This document shows positions 37,636 to 46,369 of a DNA stretch of 56,426 nt, in pieces (position 1 is the first letter of the stretch; each line of letters starts with the position of its first letter). The translations under genes and the position numbers were made by a program. The DNA comes from Mycobacteriaceae bacterium (GTDB taxonomy: Bacteria; Actinomycetota; Actinomycetes; Mycobacteriales; Mycobacteriaceae). The stretch lies in contig JBDTDI010000158.1 of assembly GCA_039923155.1 (NCBI GenBank), positions 1 to 56,426 on the forward strand, given 5' to 3'. The notes under the pieces were generated by a model that worked only from the letters and a program-made list of their open reading frames with translations, was not told the DNA's origin and searched no databases.

Positions 37636-40468
37636 CGACGACCAAGCCCGACAGCAGCAGGACCACGGCGGCACCCGTGCTGAGCGCGGCCCCGAGCGGG
37701 CGTCCCTGCGGGCTGTAGCGGATCTCGACGTCGTGGGTCCCCGCGGGGACGACCACCGCGGACAGCGCTTCGTCGGCGACCTCGAGCGGGGTGGCGACAC
37801 CGTCGACGGTGGCGGTCCAGTCGGCCTGCGGCATGTTGTCGGCCACCACGAGGTAGCCGGTGCCTTGGGCGTCGACCTTCGCCGCGACCGTGTCCCCGGA
37901 GTCCTCGGTGACCGTGACGGTGGCGGGCGCTCCACTGGGGGTCACCCCGGGCGCGGCGAGCACCACCTGGTCGGGGGGCAGCGTGGTGCGGGCCACCAGG
38001 TTGGTCCGCGTGGTCTCATCCGGTTCCACCAGCGTCCGAGTCGCCCACCGGAAGCGGGGCAGCGCGGTGGTGCGCAGGTAGGTGGTCAGACCGTCCTGGG
38101 TGTTGACCAGCCGTAGCCCGTCGTTCGGGTTGGCCACCACCGCGTCGAGCCGGGGCACCCCGTCGGCCCCGGTGACCTGCAGCGGGGCCGGGCCGTTCCA
38201 GGCGATGGTCACCGTCCAGGGTCCCGGTGCGGTCCCGGTGGGTTGGACGAGAGGCACCTGCAGCGGGCCGGCATCGAAACCGACCTCGAGGCGTTGCCCG
38301 GTCACCACCGGCGCGCCGGTGGCGTCGCGCACCGTGAACCTCAGCTTCTCGCCGTCGTCGGCGGGCACGGTGCGCGCGAGCAGCGTCAGCGCCAGCCCCC
38401 GCAGTGCCAGCGGGTTCACCTCGACGTCGACCGGAACTCCGGGGGCGATCGAGACCGGCGTGGTGCCGGTCGCGGGGCCTGAACCCGGCGTGGGCGGCAG
38501 CCCGATCCCGGTGAGCGCCTTGCCGACCACGGGCTCGCGCTCGTTGAGCGTCGCGAAGCGGACGGCGAGGCGGTCCAGGCCGGGTGCCGCGAGCTGGGCC
38601 GCCGAGCCGCCGGGCAGCTGCGACACCGTGGCGGTGTCGAAGAAGGTGGGGGCGTCGACGGCGGTCGCGTTGAGCAGCGTGGCCCAGTTCTCGGGGACGA
38701 AGGCGTGCGCACCGAGGGTGCGGATCCCGTAGAGGGAGGGCACCGAGGGCCGCAGCGTCGAACGGGTCCCGGTCGTCCGCTCGTGACCCTGGTGCGCCAG
38801 CAGGTAGTCCAGGCTGGCCCGCGGCGGGTAGAACATGCTGCGGTCGACGTGGCTCCAGTAGAAGCCGGTGCCCATCACGCACTGCACCGTGACCACAGCG
38901 ACCGTGACCGGCAGCAGCAGCCGGCCACCGAGCAGGCGCCGCCCGGCCAGCACGGCTGCGCCGACGAGCAGCACCGCACCGGCGGCCACGGCGATGTCGC
39001 CGACGGCCACTCCCTCGCCCCGCACGGCACCGAACTCCTGGTAGCCCACCGTCCCGGCCACCCCCACCCCGGCGAGCACCACCACCATCGCCACCACTAG
39101 CCGCCACGACCGCGGGCGCCGCCCGCTCAGCACTGCGTCCAGGCCCAGGCCGGCCATCGCGGTCAGCAGCACGAACAGCACCGCGCGCAGCCGTCCGACC
39201 GGGTTGCCGGAGAAGATCGGGAGGTTGCCGACCCACTCCAGGGCCGGGGTCCTGAACCAGATGAGCACCACGCACACCGCGCTGGCCAGGGCCAGGAAGG
39301 TGACGATGCCGCGTGGCATGCGGGACGGTCGGGCACTGACCACCGCCACCAGCACGAACAGCAGCGCAGCGGAGCCGAGGTAGGCGTTGTACTCGATGGC
39401 GTTGTCCGGCGGGCTGAACAGCGGCGGCCGGTTCGACGCCATCACCCGGGGCAGCACGGAGGTGATGAGGCTGACCATGGGCAGCTTCTGGTCGAACCCG
39501 CCGTCGCGGTAGGACAGGTCGGTACCGCCGAGCTGGGCGGCAAAGGGCAACAGCTGCACGGCGGTGAGGGCGACCCCCACCACGAGCCAGGACGCGGAAG
39601 AAACCAGCGCGGCCAGGTCGGCCCAGCCCAGCGCCCGTCCGCGCGCAAGCACCCGGACCAGGGCGTAGGCGCCCGCCGCGTACAGCGCCCACCCGGTAAC
39701 GGCAGGGAAGCCCGCGAACAGCAGGCACGCGACGACCAGGGCGAGGGGCGCGCCGCCGCTGAGGAACGCCGCGGTGCCCAGACCACGCCAGCGGCCCGAC
39801 CGCGCGTCGTGGGCCATGGCCAGCTGACGCTCCACCGCCCAGAACAACAACGGGATGAACGAGGCGACCGACGCCTGCGCGAAGTCGGCCCAGGAGACGA
39901 AGAAGCCCGACGTGGCGTAGACCAGGCCGGCTAGCAGCGCCGCCGGGCGCCCGGTGCCCCACCGTCGGAGCAGCAGGAACATTCCCAGCGCCCCCACCGC
40001 CAGCTGCAGCACCTTCACGACCACCGGGGCGTACCAGAGCGGCAGCAGCAGGTAGGGCCACACCGTGGGGGCGAGGGTGGTGTTGCTCGGGGTGGACATC
40101 AGCGGTTGGCCGGGCCCGGCCAACGAGGACCACGACGGGACGTCGCCGGAGAACAGCCGGTCGTGGATCTGCGCGTAGGAGGGCAGCACCGCGTCGACGA
40201 CGTCGCGGGTGAGGAAGTTCTTCAGCACGTAGGTGGTGCCCGGGTCCCACGGTGCGTACTGCTGCAGCAGGTCGGTGGCGGCGAACACGGTGCGGCCCAG
40301 CAGGCTGTTGCCCAGGGTGAGCACCACGAACGCGACCCAGCCGAGCGCGACCCACCAGGTGTCCCGGTCCCGCACCGCACGATGCCGGTGCCTGGGGCCG
40401 TCGGGGGCCGCGGGGCCGTCGGGGGCGGCGGGGGCGGCGGGCGTTGCCTTGACGAGGTCGACACTCAT
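37604..40468 (-). CDS. YfhO-family multi-pass membrane protein (GT-C-like), copy 2
   Basis: Paralog of 32728-35610 ([49 protein letters not shown]). Confidence 0.82.
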   Translation of the reverse strand: MSVDLVKATPAAPAAPDGPAAPDGPRHRHRAVRDRDTWWVALGWVAFVVLTLGNSLLGRTVFAATDLLQQYAPWDPGTTYVLKNFLTRDVVDAVLPSYAQIHDRLFSGDVPSWSSLAGPGQPLMSTPSNTTLAPTVWPYLLLPLWYAPVVVKVLQLAVGALGMFLLLRRWGTGRPAALLAGLVYATSGFFVSWADFAQASVASFIPLLFWAVERQLAMAHDARSGRWRGLGTAAFLSGGAPLALVVACLLFAGFPAVTGWALYAAGAYALVRVLARGRALGWADLAALVSSASWLVVGVALTAVQLLPFAAQLGGTDLSYRDGGFDQKLPMVSLITSVLPRVMASNRPPLFSPPDNAIEYNAYLGSAALLFVLVAVVSARPSRMPRGIVTFLALASAVCVVLIWFRTPALEWVGNLPIFSGNPVGRLRAVLFVLLTAMAGLGLDAVLSGRRPRSWRLVVAMVVVLAGVGVAGTVGYQEFGAVRGEGVAVGDIAVAAGAVLLVGAAVLAGRRLLGGRLLLPVTVAVVTVQCVMGTGFYWSHVDRSMFYPPRASLDYLLAHQGHERTTGTRSTLRPSVPSLYGIRTLGAHAFVPENWATLLNATAVDAPTFFDTATVSQLPGGSAAQLAAPGLDRLAVRFATLNEREPVVGKALTGIGLPPTPGSGPATGTTPVSIAPGVPVDVEVNPLALRGLALTLLARTVPADDGEKLRFTVRDATGAPVVTGQRLEVGFDAGPLQVPLVQPTGTAPGPWTVTIAWNGPAPLQVTGADGVPRLDAVVANPNDGLRLVNTQDGLTTYLRTTALPRFRWATRTLVEPDETTRTNLVARTTLPPDQVVLAAPGVTPSGAPATVTVTEDSGDTVAAKVDAQGTGYLVVADNMPQADWTATVDGVATPLEVADEALSAVVVPAGTHDVEIRYSPQGRPLGAALSTGAAVVLLLSGLVVVIDRRRRRND

Positions 40469-40478
40469 CGGATGGGGC

Positions 40479-41471
40479 TCATCGGACGGGGGCCGTGCGG
40501 CTCAGGCGCACCGCCGCGCCGAACGCCGCACCCAGGCCCGCCAGCGCCAGGTCCACGACCACCAGCTCGACCCGGGAGGTCAGCGCCACCACGAGACCCT
40601 GCTCCTCGACCAGCAACGGGGACAGCGCCAGCAGCAGGGCCCCCTCGCGCAGGCCGGCGCCCGCCGGGGCCGGGATGAACAGGATGCCCACGGTGACCGC
40701 GAGCGCCATCGCCCCCGTGCAGAGCACCAGCACCGAGATCCCGGTGTAGCCCAGCCCCGCGCACAGCACGGCGAGGTGGCCCCCGAACAGCACCCAGCTG
40801 AGCAACGACCATCCCAGTGCCCCGACCAGTGGACCCATCCGCAGCGGGGTGTCCAGCGGCGGTTGGCGAACCAGGCGGAACGCGCGGTCGAGCACCGCCG
40901 GCAGCACCCGCGGGTGGGCCAGCACCAACAGCACGGGCAGGGCGAGGAACAACCACCAGAACCGGTGCAGCGCCTCGGTGCTGCCCAGCGGCAGCAGTGC
41001 ACAGGCCACCGCCACCGCGACGGCCAGCAGCACCAGCAGGGTCAGCAGGTTGGCTGCCACCATCGACCGCCGCGGGATGCGGTGAGCGCGCCCGGCTTCC
41101 ATCTGGGCCAGCACCGGCCAGACGGAGCCGGGTAGGTACTTGCCGAGCTGGCTGATGAAGAACACCGGCACGCTGGCCCGGCGGGGCATCTCGGCCGACA
41201 GGCTGCGGAGCACCTGCGCCCACACCGCGTAGCTCGCCGCGACCGCACCCGCCGCGAGCAGCCCGCTCAACGCCACGGCGCCCCAGCCGATCTCGGCCAG
41301 CGCGGCGGCGAACTTGACCCGGTCGCGCAGCACCGCCACGACGGCGAGCGCCACGACGACCACGAGGAACACGACCCCGACGACGGTGCGCAGGTGCCGT
41401 CGAGGCCCGGCCGCGGGGCCTGGTTCCTCGTCGGCGGGCGCGACGGACCCGCGGGAACCGTCGTTGCTCAC
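40479..41471 (-). CDS. Lysylphosphatidylglycerol-synthase TM domain / flippase-like membrane protein
   Basis: SQLGKYLPGSVW, PAPAGAGLREGAL; almost wholly hydrophobic. Confidence 0.8.
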   Translation of the reverse strand: MSNDGSRGSVAPADEEPGPAAGPRRHLRTVVGVVFLVVVVALAVVAVLRDRVKFAAALAEIGWGAVALSGLLAAGAVAASYAVWAQVLRSLSAEMPRRASVPVFFISQLGKYLPGSVWPVLAQMEAGRAHRIPRRSMVAANLLTLLVLLAVAVAVACALLPLGSTEALHRFWWLFLALPVLLVLAHPRVLPAVLDRAFRLVRQPPLDTPLRMGPLVGALGWSLLSWVLFGGHLAVLCAGLGYTGISVLVLCTGAMALAVTVGILFIPAPAGAGLREGALLLALSPLLVEEQGLVVALTSRVELVVVDLALAGLGAAFGAAVRLSRTAPVR

Positions 41472-41526
41472 GCGGCGATGCTAACCGCGCGCAACGGGGC
41501 GACGCGCCGTCGGCGGGTCGGCTGGA

Positions 41527-42357
41527 TCAGCTCGTCAGCCACTGCGGCGGGCTCGTGGTCGGCGCCCCCGCGGGCCGCGAACCGCCCGGCGTACCCACCC
41601 AGATGAAGGTGGGGATCACCGGTTGCAGAGCCCGCCACAGCTGCGGCGGTGCCTCGGCCAGGCGTCGCGGCACCATGTCGTCGGCGCCGAACCGGACGGA
41701 CTCCGACAGCACCGTGTACGTGTAGTCCCACACCTGCAGCCCCGAGCACATGCGGCGCAGCGCCGCCCGGGTGCGGAAGCGCTCGTAGTAGCTCGGTGCC
41801 CGCCCGCTGGCGCTGACGTAGCGGTCGGCGAGACCCGCCGGCAGCCAGGACAGGAACGGCAGCTTGTAGTGCGGCTCGACGACGCCCAGCTTGTTGCCCA
41901 GCCCCAGGTAGACCACCCCGTCCGGCGCCAGCACCCGACGGATGTCGGCCATCACCGCGTCGGCGTCGACGACGTGCTCGTAGATGTGGTTGAACACCAC
42001 CACGTCCACCGAGCCGTCCGGGAGCGGGATGCCGTCGCCGGGGGCGCACTGGAAGTCCACCGCATCCCCGAACCGCTTGCGGGCGGCCGCCAGGCCCGGC
42101 TCGTCGATGTCCAGCCCGGTCACCGTGGCGCCGGTGCGGTGCAGCTCGTCGGCGATGAAGCCGGTGGAGCACCCGATGTCCAGGGCCCGCAGCCCGGTGA
42201 GGTCGTCCCGACCGAGGAAGTGGGTCAGGACCGCGATGATCTTCGCGGCCTTGGCGCGTCGGCCGGCCTCGTTGCCCATCTCACCCTGCAGCTCGGAGTA
42301 GGCGAGCTGGGCGGAGCGCTCCCCGCGCCCGGCCCCTGCGTCGTGCTGCTCGGTCAT
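41527..42357 (-). CDS. Class I SAM-dependent methyltransferase
   Basis: ALDIGCSTG, SVDVVVFNHIYEHV, RRVLAPDG, VEPHYKLPFLSW. Confidence 0.9.
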   Translation of the reverse strand: MTEQHDAGAGRGERSAQLAYSELQGEMGNEAGRRAKAAKIIAVLTHFLGRDDLTGLRALDIGCSTGFIADELHRTGATVTGLDIDEPGLAAARKRFGDAVDFQCAPGDGIPLPDGSVDVVVFNHIYEHVVDADAVMADIRRVLAPDGVVYLGLGNKLGVVEPHYKLPFLSWLPAGLADRYVSASGRAPSYYERFRTRAALRRMCSGLQVWDYTYTVLSESVRFGADDMVPRRLAEAPPQLWRALQPVIPTFIWVGTPGGSRPAGAPTTSPPQWLTS

Positions 42358-43613
42358 GTCCGCTCCTCGTTCCTAGCTCGGGTCCGCCGGGGTGACTCGT
42401 CCATCGTGGTGTGCAGCAGCGCCCGGTAGCGCGCCCCGAGGGCGTCCACCGAGTACTCCTCGGCCGTGGTCGCCGCCGCCGCCCCGAGCCGCTCCCGCAG
42501 CGGTGCGTCGTCCAGCAGCCTGGCCACGGCCGCGGCCAGCGCCGCGGCGTCACCCGGCGCCACGATCAGCCCGTTGACCCCGTCGGTGACCACGTCGCGC
42601 AGGCCTGGCAGGTCCGAGGCGACCACCGCGCACCCGCAGGCCAGGGCCTCCAGCAGCGCCACGGGCAGCCCGTCCTGGTCCCCGGAGGCCGCGGCCACCG
42701 ACGGCGCGACCACGACCGAGGCAGCCGCGTACTCGCGGGCGAGCTGTTCCCGGGCCACCGCGCCGACGAACCGCACCGGCAGCGCGCGGGCACCGTCGGT
42801 GAGCCGGGCGCGCAACGGGCCGTCACCGACCACCCGCAGCGCGACCTGCCTGGTCGCGACCACGGCCGGCATGGCCTCCAGCAGCACCGCCAGGCCCTTC
42901 TTCTCCACCAGGCGACCCACGAACAGCAGCTGGTTCGGCACCCGCTCGACCCCGGTGGCCGCCCTGCGGATCGCCGTGACGTCGGCACCCATGGGCAGCA
43001 CGTGCGTCCGCTCGGGACGCGCGCCCAGGTCGAGGAGCCGTTGACGCATCTGGGTGTTCATCGTGGTGACGTGGCGCGCGCGGCGCAGGACCCGCCGGAT
43101 GACCAGCCGGCTCACCGGGTCGGTGAGGCCGTAGACGTCACCGCCGAGCGTGGTCACCAGCAGCGGGGCGCCACGCGCAGCGAGCAGCGCCGCGAAGCCC
43201 TGCGGGATGATCCAGTGCGCGTGCACCACGTCCGGGCGCAGCCGCCGCACCGCCCGGGCCACCGCGAACACCTCCGCGGTCAGCAGGGCGGGGACCTGCA
43301 GCAGCCGTGAGCGCCGCCGGCGCACGTTCTCCAGGATGGCGCCGTCGGCGAGGTCCTCCCAGCGGCGGGGGAAGTAGCGGAAGCGGCGCACGTCCACCTC
43401 GCCCACCCACTCCTGGGCCGGGCAGCCGGGCAGCGACGGCACGAGCACCGTGGTGTCGAACTCCACCGACTCGGCGACGGCCAGGTCGCGGACGAACCCG
43501 GGGGTGCCGTCGTCGACCCCGGCCGGGAACGTGGAGGCGAGCACGAGCAGCCGCGGTCGGGGTGGAGTGACGCAGGCCGACCGGTACCGTCCGTCGTGTT
43601 CAGCCGAGGTCAC
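42354..43613 (-). CDS. Glycosyltransferase family 4
   Basis: VHAHWIIPQG, FVGRLVEKKG, GDGPLR, DGLPVALLEALACG; start uncertain. Confidence 0.9.
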   Translation of the reverse strand: MTSAEHDGRYRSACVTPPRPRLLVLASTFPAGVDDGTPGFVRDLAVAESVEFDTTVLVPSLPGCPAQEWVGEVDVRRFRYFPRRWEDLADGAILENVRRRRSRLLQVPALLTAEVFAVARAVRRLRPDVVHAHWIIPQGFAALLAARGAPLLVTTLGGDVYGLTDPVSRLVIRRVLRRARHVTTMNTQMRQRLLDLGARPERTHVLPMGADVTAIRRAATGVERVPNQLLFVGRLVEKKGLAVLLEAMPAVVATRQVALRVVGDGPLRARLTDGARALPVRFVGAVAREQLAREYAAASVVVAPSVAAASGDQDGLPVALLEALACGCAVVASDLPGLRDVVTDGVNGLIVAPGDAAALAAAVARLLDDAPLRERLGAAAATTAEEYSVDALGARYRALLHTTMDESPRRTRARNEERT

Positions 43614-43639
43614 GGGGATCGACAGTCACGAGGAGCGAG

Positions 43640-44542
43640 ATGGCGACGGAACGAGGCCGCGCTGCGGTCGTCGGGGCGGCGGGCTTCCTGGGCTCGGCCG
43701 TGCACGACGAGCTCGTTCGCCGAGAGGTCCGCGTCCTGCCGTACACCCGGGCACGCTCCTTCCTCGCCGCAACCTCTGAGGTGACCACCGCGGACACCGT
43801 CTTCTGGCTCGCCAGCAGCATTCGTCCCGCCACCGCCTCGACCGACGTCGCGGCGGGACAGTCCGATTTGCACGCGATGGGAACCTTACTGGACCGCCTG
43901 GCCGCGGCACCCCGTCGCGCCCGGTGCCGGGTGGTGGTGGTCAGCTCCGGCGGCACGGTGTACGACGCCCGGCAGGCCCCACCGCACCGCGAGACCGGCA
44001 CCACCCGGGCGGTCAACGACTACGGTCGCGCGATGCTGGCAGTGGAGGATCTCGTGCGCGAGCGGGCTCCGGAGCACACCGTGCTGCGGGTGGCCAACGC
44101 CTACGGGCCCGGTCAGGTTGCCCGTCGGGGTCAGGGGGTGATCGCCCACTGGTTGGACGCGGTCGCCCGTGACGAGGCGATCACGGTGCTCGGTGACGAC
44201 CAGCTCGCGCGCGACTACGTCTACGTGGACGACGTCGTGGCGGCGCTGGTGGCCGTGCACGAGGCGCACGAGCCGCCGCCGTTGCTGAACATCGGCTCGG
44301 GGGTGGGCACCGGCCTCGGTGAGCTGGTGGACGCCGTCCGGGCGACGGTGGCCCCCCTGCAGGTGCGGGTCGATCGCAGCCCGGCCCGCCCGTTCGACGC
44401 CCCCAGCACCTGGCTGGCCGTCGACCGGGCCGCCGACATCCTGGGCTGGGAGCCGCGGGTGCCGCTGGAGGAGGGCCTCGCCCGGACCTGGGCGGCCCGC
44501 CGACCCACCGCGGTGCCGGTCGCCGCACGGGCGCAGCAGTGA
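43640..44542 (+). CDS. NAD-dependent epimerase/dehydratase (extended SDR)
   Basis: GAAGFLG, SSGGTVY, RVANAYGPGQ, RDYVYVDD, NIGSG, LGWEPRVPLEEGL. Confidence 0.88.
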   Translation: MATERGRAAVVGAAGFLGSAVHDELVRREVRVLPYTRARSFLAATSEVTTADTVFWLASSIRPATASTDVAAGQSDLHAMGTLLDRLAAAPRRARCRVVVVSSGGTVYDARQAPPHRETGTTRAVNDYGRAMLAVEDLVRERAPEHTVLRVANAYGPGQVARRGQGVIAHWLDAVARDEAITVLGDDQLARDYVYVDDVVAALVAVHEAHEPPPLLNIGSGVGTGLGELVDAVRATVAPLQVRVDRSPARPFDAPSTWLAVDRAADILGWEPRVPLEEGLARTWAARRPTAVPVAARAQQ

Positions 44543-45282
44543 GCTCGCGGCTGCGCCACCGTCAGGGGCCGGTGCGGATCGTGGACGGCGTCCCTTACTC
44601 CAACCGTCGCAGCACCTTGTCGCTGCTGCCCGGGGCCGCGGTGGGTCACTGGTTGCACGCGAACCGGTCGCGAGTCGGGGGCCGCCTGCTGGACCTCGGG
44701 GCGGGCAACCAGCCGCTGCGCCCCTGGTACGCGGACAAGGTCGAGCGGATCACCGCGATCGACGTCGCCGCGACGGGTGGGCTCGACGTGCTGGGGGTCG
44801 CCGACCACCTGCCGTTCGCCGACGCCAGCTTCGACACCGTGCTGTGCACGTCGGTGCTCGAGCACGTCGAGGACGTCGAGGCGGCCATGGCCGAGATCGT
44901 CCGGGTGCTCGCACCGGGTGGGCACCTGCTGCTGAGCGTGCCGTTCCTGTACCCGACCCACGAGGCGCCGTGGGACTTCTGGCGCACCACCCACCACGGG
45001 CTGCGCAGCCTGGCCGAGCGCCACGGTCTGGTGGTCACGGACCTTGCCGCGCAGGGAGGGCCGTTCCTGCTCGTCATCCACGCGCTGGTGCTGACCCTGA
45101 GCCAGGGCCTGCGCGCCCTGGCCGCCGCGCTCGGACCGCTGGGCGGACTCGTCGACAACCCGCTGGTGCGCGGTGTGGTGGCCGGGCCCCAGGAGCTGGT
45201 GCGCGGACGGGTCAGCATCCGGCTGGGGCCGTTGTCGAAGGTGGCGAGCCTCGGTTACCTCGCCGTCGCGCGCAAGCCTTGA
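44539..45282 (+). CDS. Class I SAM-dependent methyltransferase (type 11)
   Basis: LLDLGAG, LPFADASFDTVLCTSVLEHV, RVLAPGG, HEAPWDFWR; GTGA-coupled to the epimerase. Confidence 0.9.
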   Translation: MSSRLRHRQGPVRIVDGVPYSNRRSTLSLLPGAAVGHWLHANRSRVGGRLLDLGAGNQPLRPWYADKVERITAIDVAATGGLDVLGVADHLPFADASFDTVLCTSVLEHVEDVEAAMAEIVRVLAPGGHLLLSVPFLYPTHEAPWDFWRTTHHGLRSLAERHGLVVTDLAAQGGPFLLVIHALVLTLSQGLRALAAALGPLGGLVDNPLVRGVVAGPQELVRGRVSIRLGPLSKVASLGYLAVARKP

Positions 45283-46337
45283 GGGGCGGGCGCCCCGGCG
45301 GAGTTGATGGCCGGCGCCCCGGCGGTATCCATGGCCGGGGCCGGCGCCCCGGCGGTATCCATGGGCGGGGCCGGCGCCCCGGCGGCAGGCAGCTGCTCGT
45401 ACTGCAGCCACTTCGTCCGCTCCAGGGTCTCCTCGAGCAGGATCCGGTTGGTGCGCTGCAGGTCGGCGATGACCAGCAGGGCCACCACCAGGAACGCCCC
45501 GGCCAGCATGGCCGCCCCGAAGATCAGCGACTGCACGTGGCCGGCGGCGTCACCCGTGATCGCCAGGACCAGGTACCGCACGAACGGCACCAGTCCGAGC
45601 ACCCCGAAGATCGCCGCCAGCGTGGCCAGCAGGACGTACGGCCGGAACATCAGCACGCTCCGGGCGATTGCCGCCCCCGAGGCGGCCATGTGGTGCCAGA
45701 TGCTGGTGAACAGCCGTGACTCGCGGGTCTTGGGGTTCGTCTCGATGGGTACGCTCTCGATGCGCATCCGCCGGTTGCCGGCCTGGATAATCGTCTCCAT
45801 GCAGTAGCTGAACTGCGTCAGGACGTTCAGCCGCATCAGCGACGCCCGGGAGTAGGCGCGGAACCCGCTGGCCGCGTCGGGCAGGTCGGTGCCGGCCGCA
45901 CGGTTGACGACCTGGCTGCCGAAGGCCTGCATGCGCTTCTTGAACCAGGAGAAGTGAGCGATCTCCGCGGTCTGGCGGTCACCGATCACGATGTCGGCCC
46001 GACCCGCCAGGATGGGGGCCACCAGGTCGGGGATGCGCCCCTGCGGGTACTGGTTGTCACCATCGGTGTTGACCACGATGTCGGCGCCGACGCTGAGGGC
46101 GTGGTCCACCCCGTCCCGGAACGAGCGGGCCAGGCCCATGTTGCGGGTGTGGTGCACGACGTGGTCGACCCCGTGGGCGCGGGCGACCTCCACGGTGCGG
46201 TCGGTGGAGCCGTCGTCGATGACCACCACCTCGATGACGTCGATGCCCTCGATGTGGCGGGGAATGGTGCCCAGCACCGCCGGGAGGGTCTCCTCCTCGT
46301 TCAGGCACGGCACCTGCACCACCAGCTTCACGGACAT
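45255..46337 (-). CDS. Glycosyltransferase family 2 (polyprenyl-phosphate sugar synthase-like) with C-terminal TM helices
   Basis: VPCLNEEETL, IDDGSTD, NTDGDNQY, DAASGFRAYS. GTG at 46331 is an alternative start. Confidence 0.9.
   Translation of the reverse strand: MSVKLVVQVPCLNEEETLPAVLGTIPRHIEGIDVIEVVVIDDGSTDRTVEVARAHGVDHVVHHTRNMGLARSFRDGVDHALSVGADIVVNTDGDNQYPQGRIPDLVAPILAGRADIVIGDRQTAEIAHFSWFKKRMQAFGSQVVNRAAGTDLPDAASGFRAYSRASLMRLNVLTQFSYCMETIIQAGNRRMRIESVPIETNPKTRESRLFTSIWHHMAASGAAIARSVLMFRPYVLLATLAAIFGVLGLVPFVRYLVLAITGDAAGHVQSLIFGAAMLAGAFLVVALLVIADLQRTNRILLEETLERTKWLQYEQLPAAGAPAPPMDTAGAPAPAMDTAGAPAINSAGAPAPQGLRATAR
45289..45385. repeat. 30-bp tandem repeat in the 3' end of the GT2 gene
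   Basis: ccggcgccccggcggtatccatgg(c/g)cgggg at 45311 and 45341, partial copies at 45371 and 45289; encodes AGAPAP(P/A)MDT. Confidence 0.9.
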
Positions 46338-46369
46338 CAGGCTAACCGGGCAGCAGGCATGATGCGTCT

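Noticed and set aside
40479-41471. Flippase-like gene as the split partner of the MprF-like gene at 23580-25388
   Set aside because: The genes are 15 kb apart, and this TM family is routinely found in glycan loci, which explains its position.
45289-45385. 30-bp repeats as a CRISPR array
   Set aside because: Units are directly adjacent without unique spacers, lie in frame within a CDS, and no cas genes are present.
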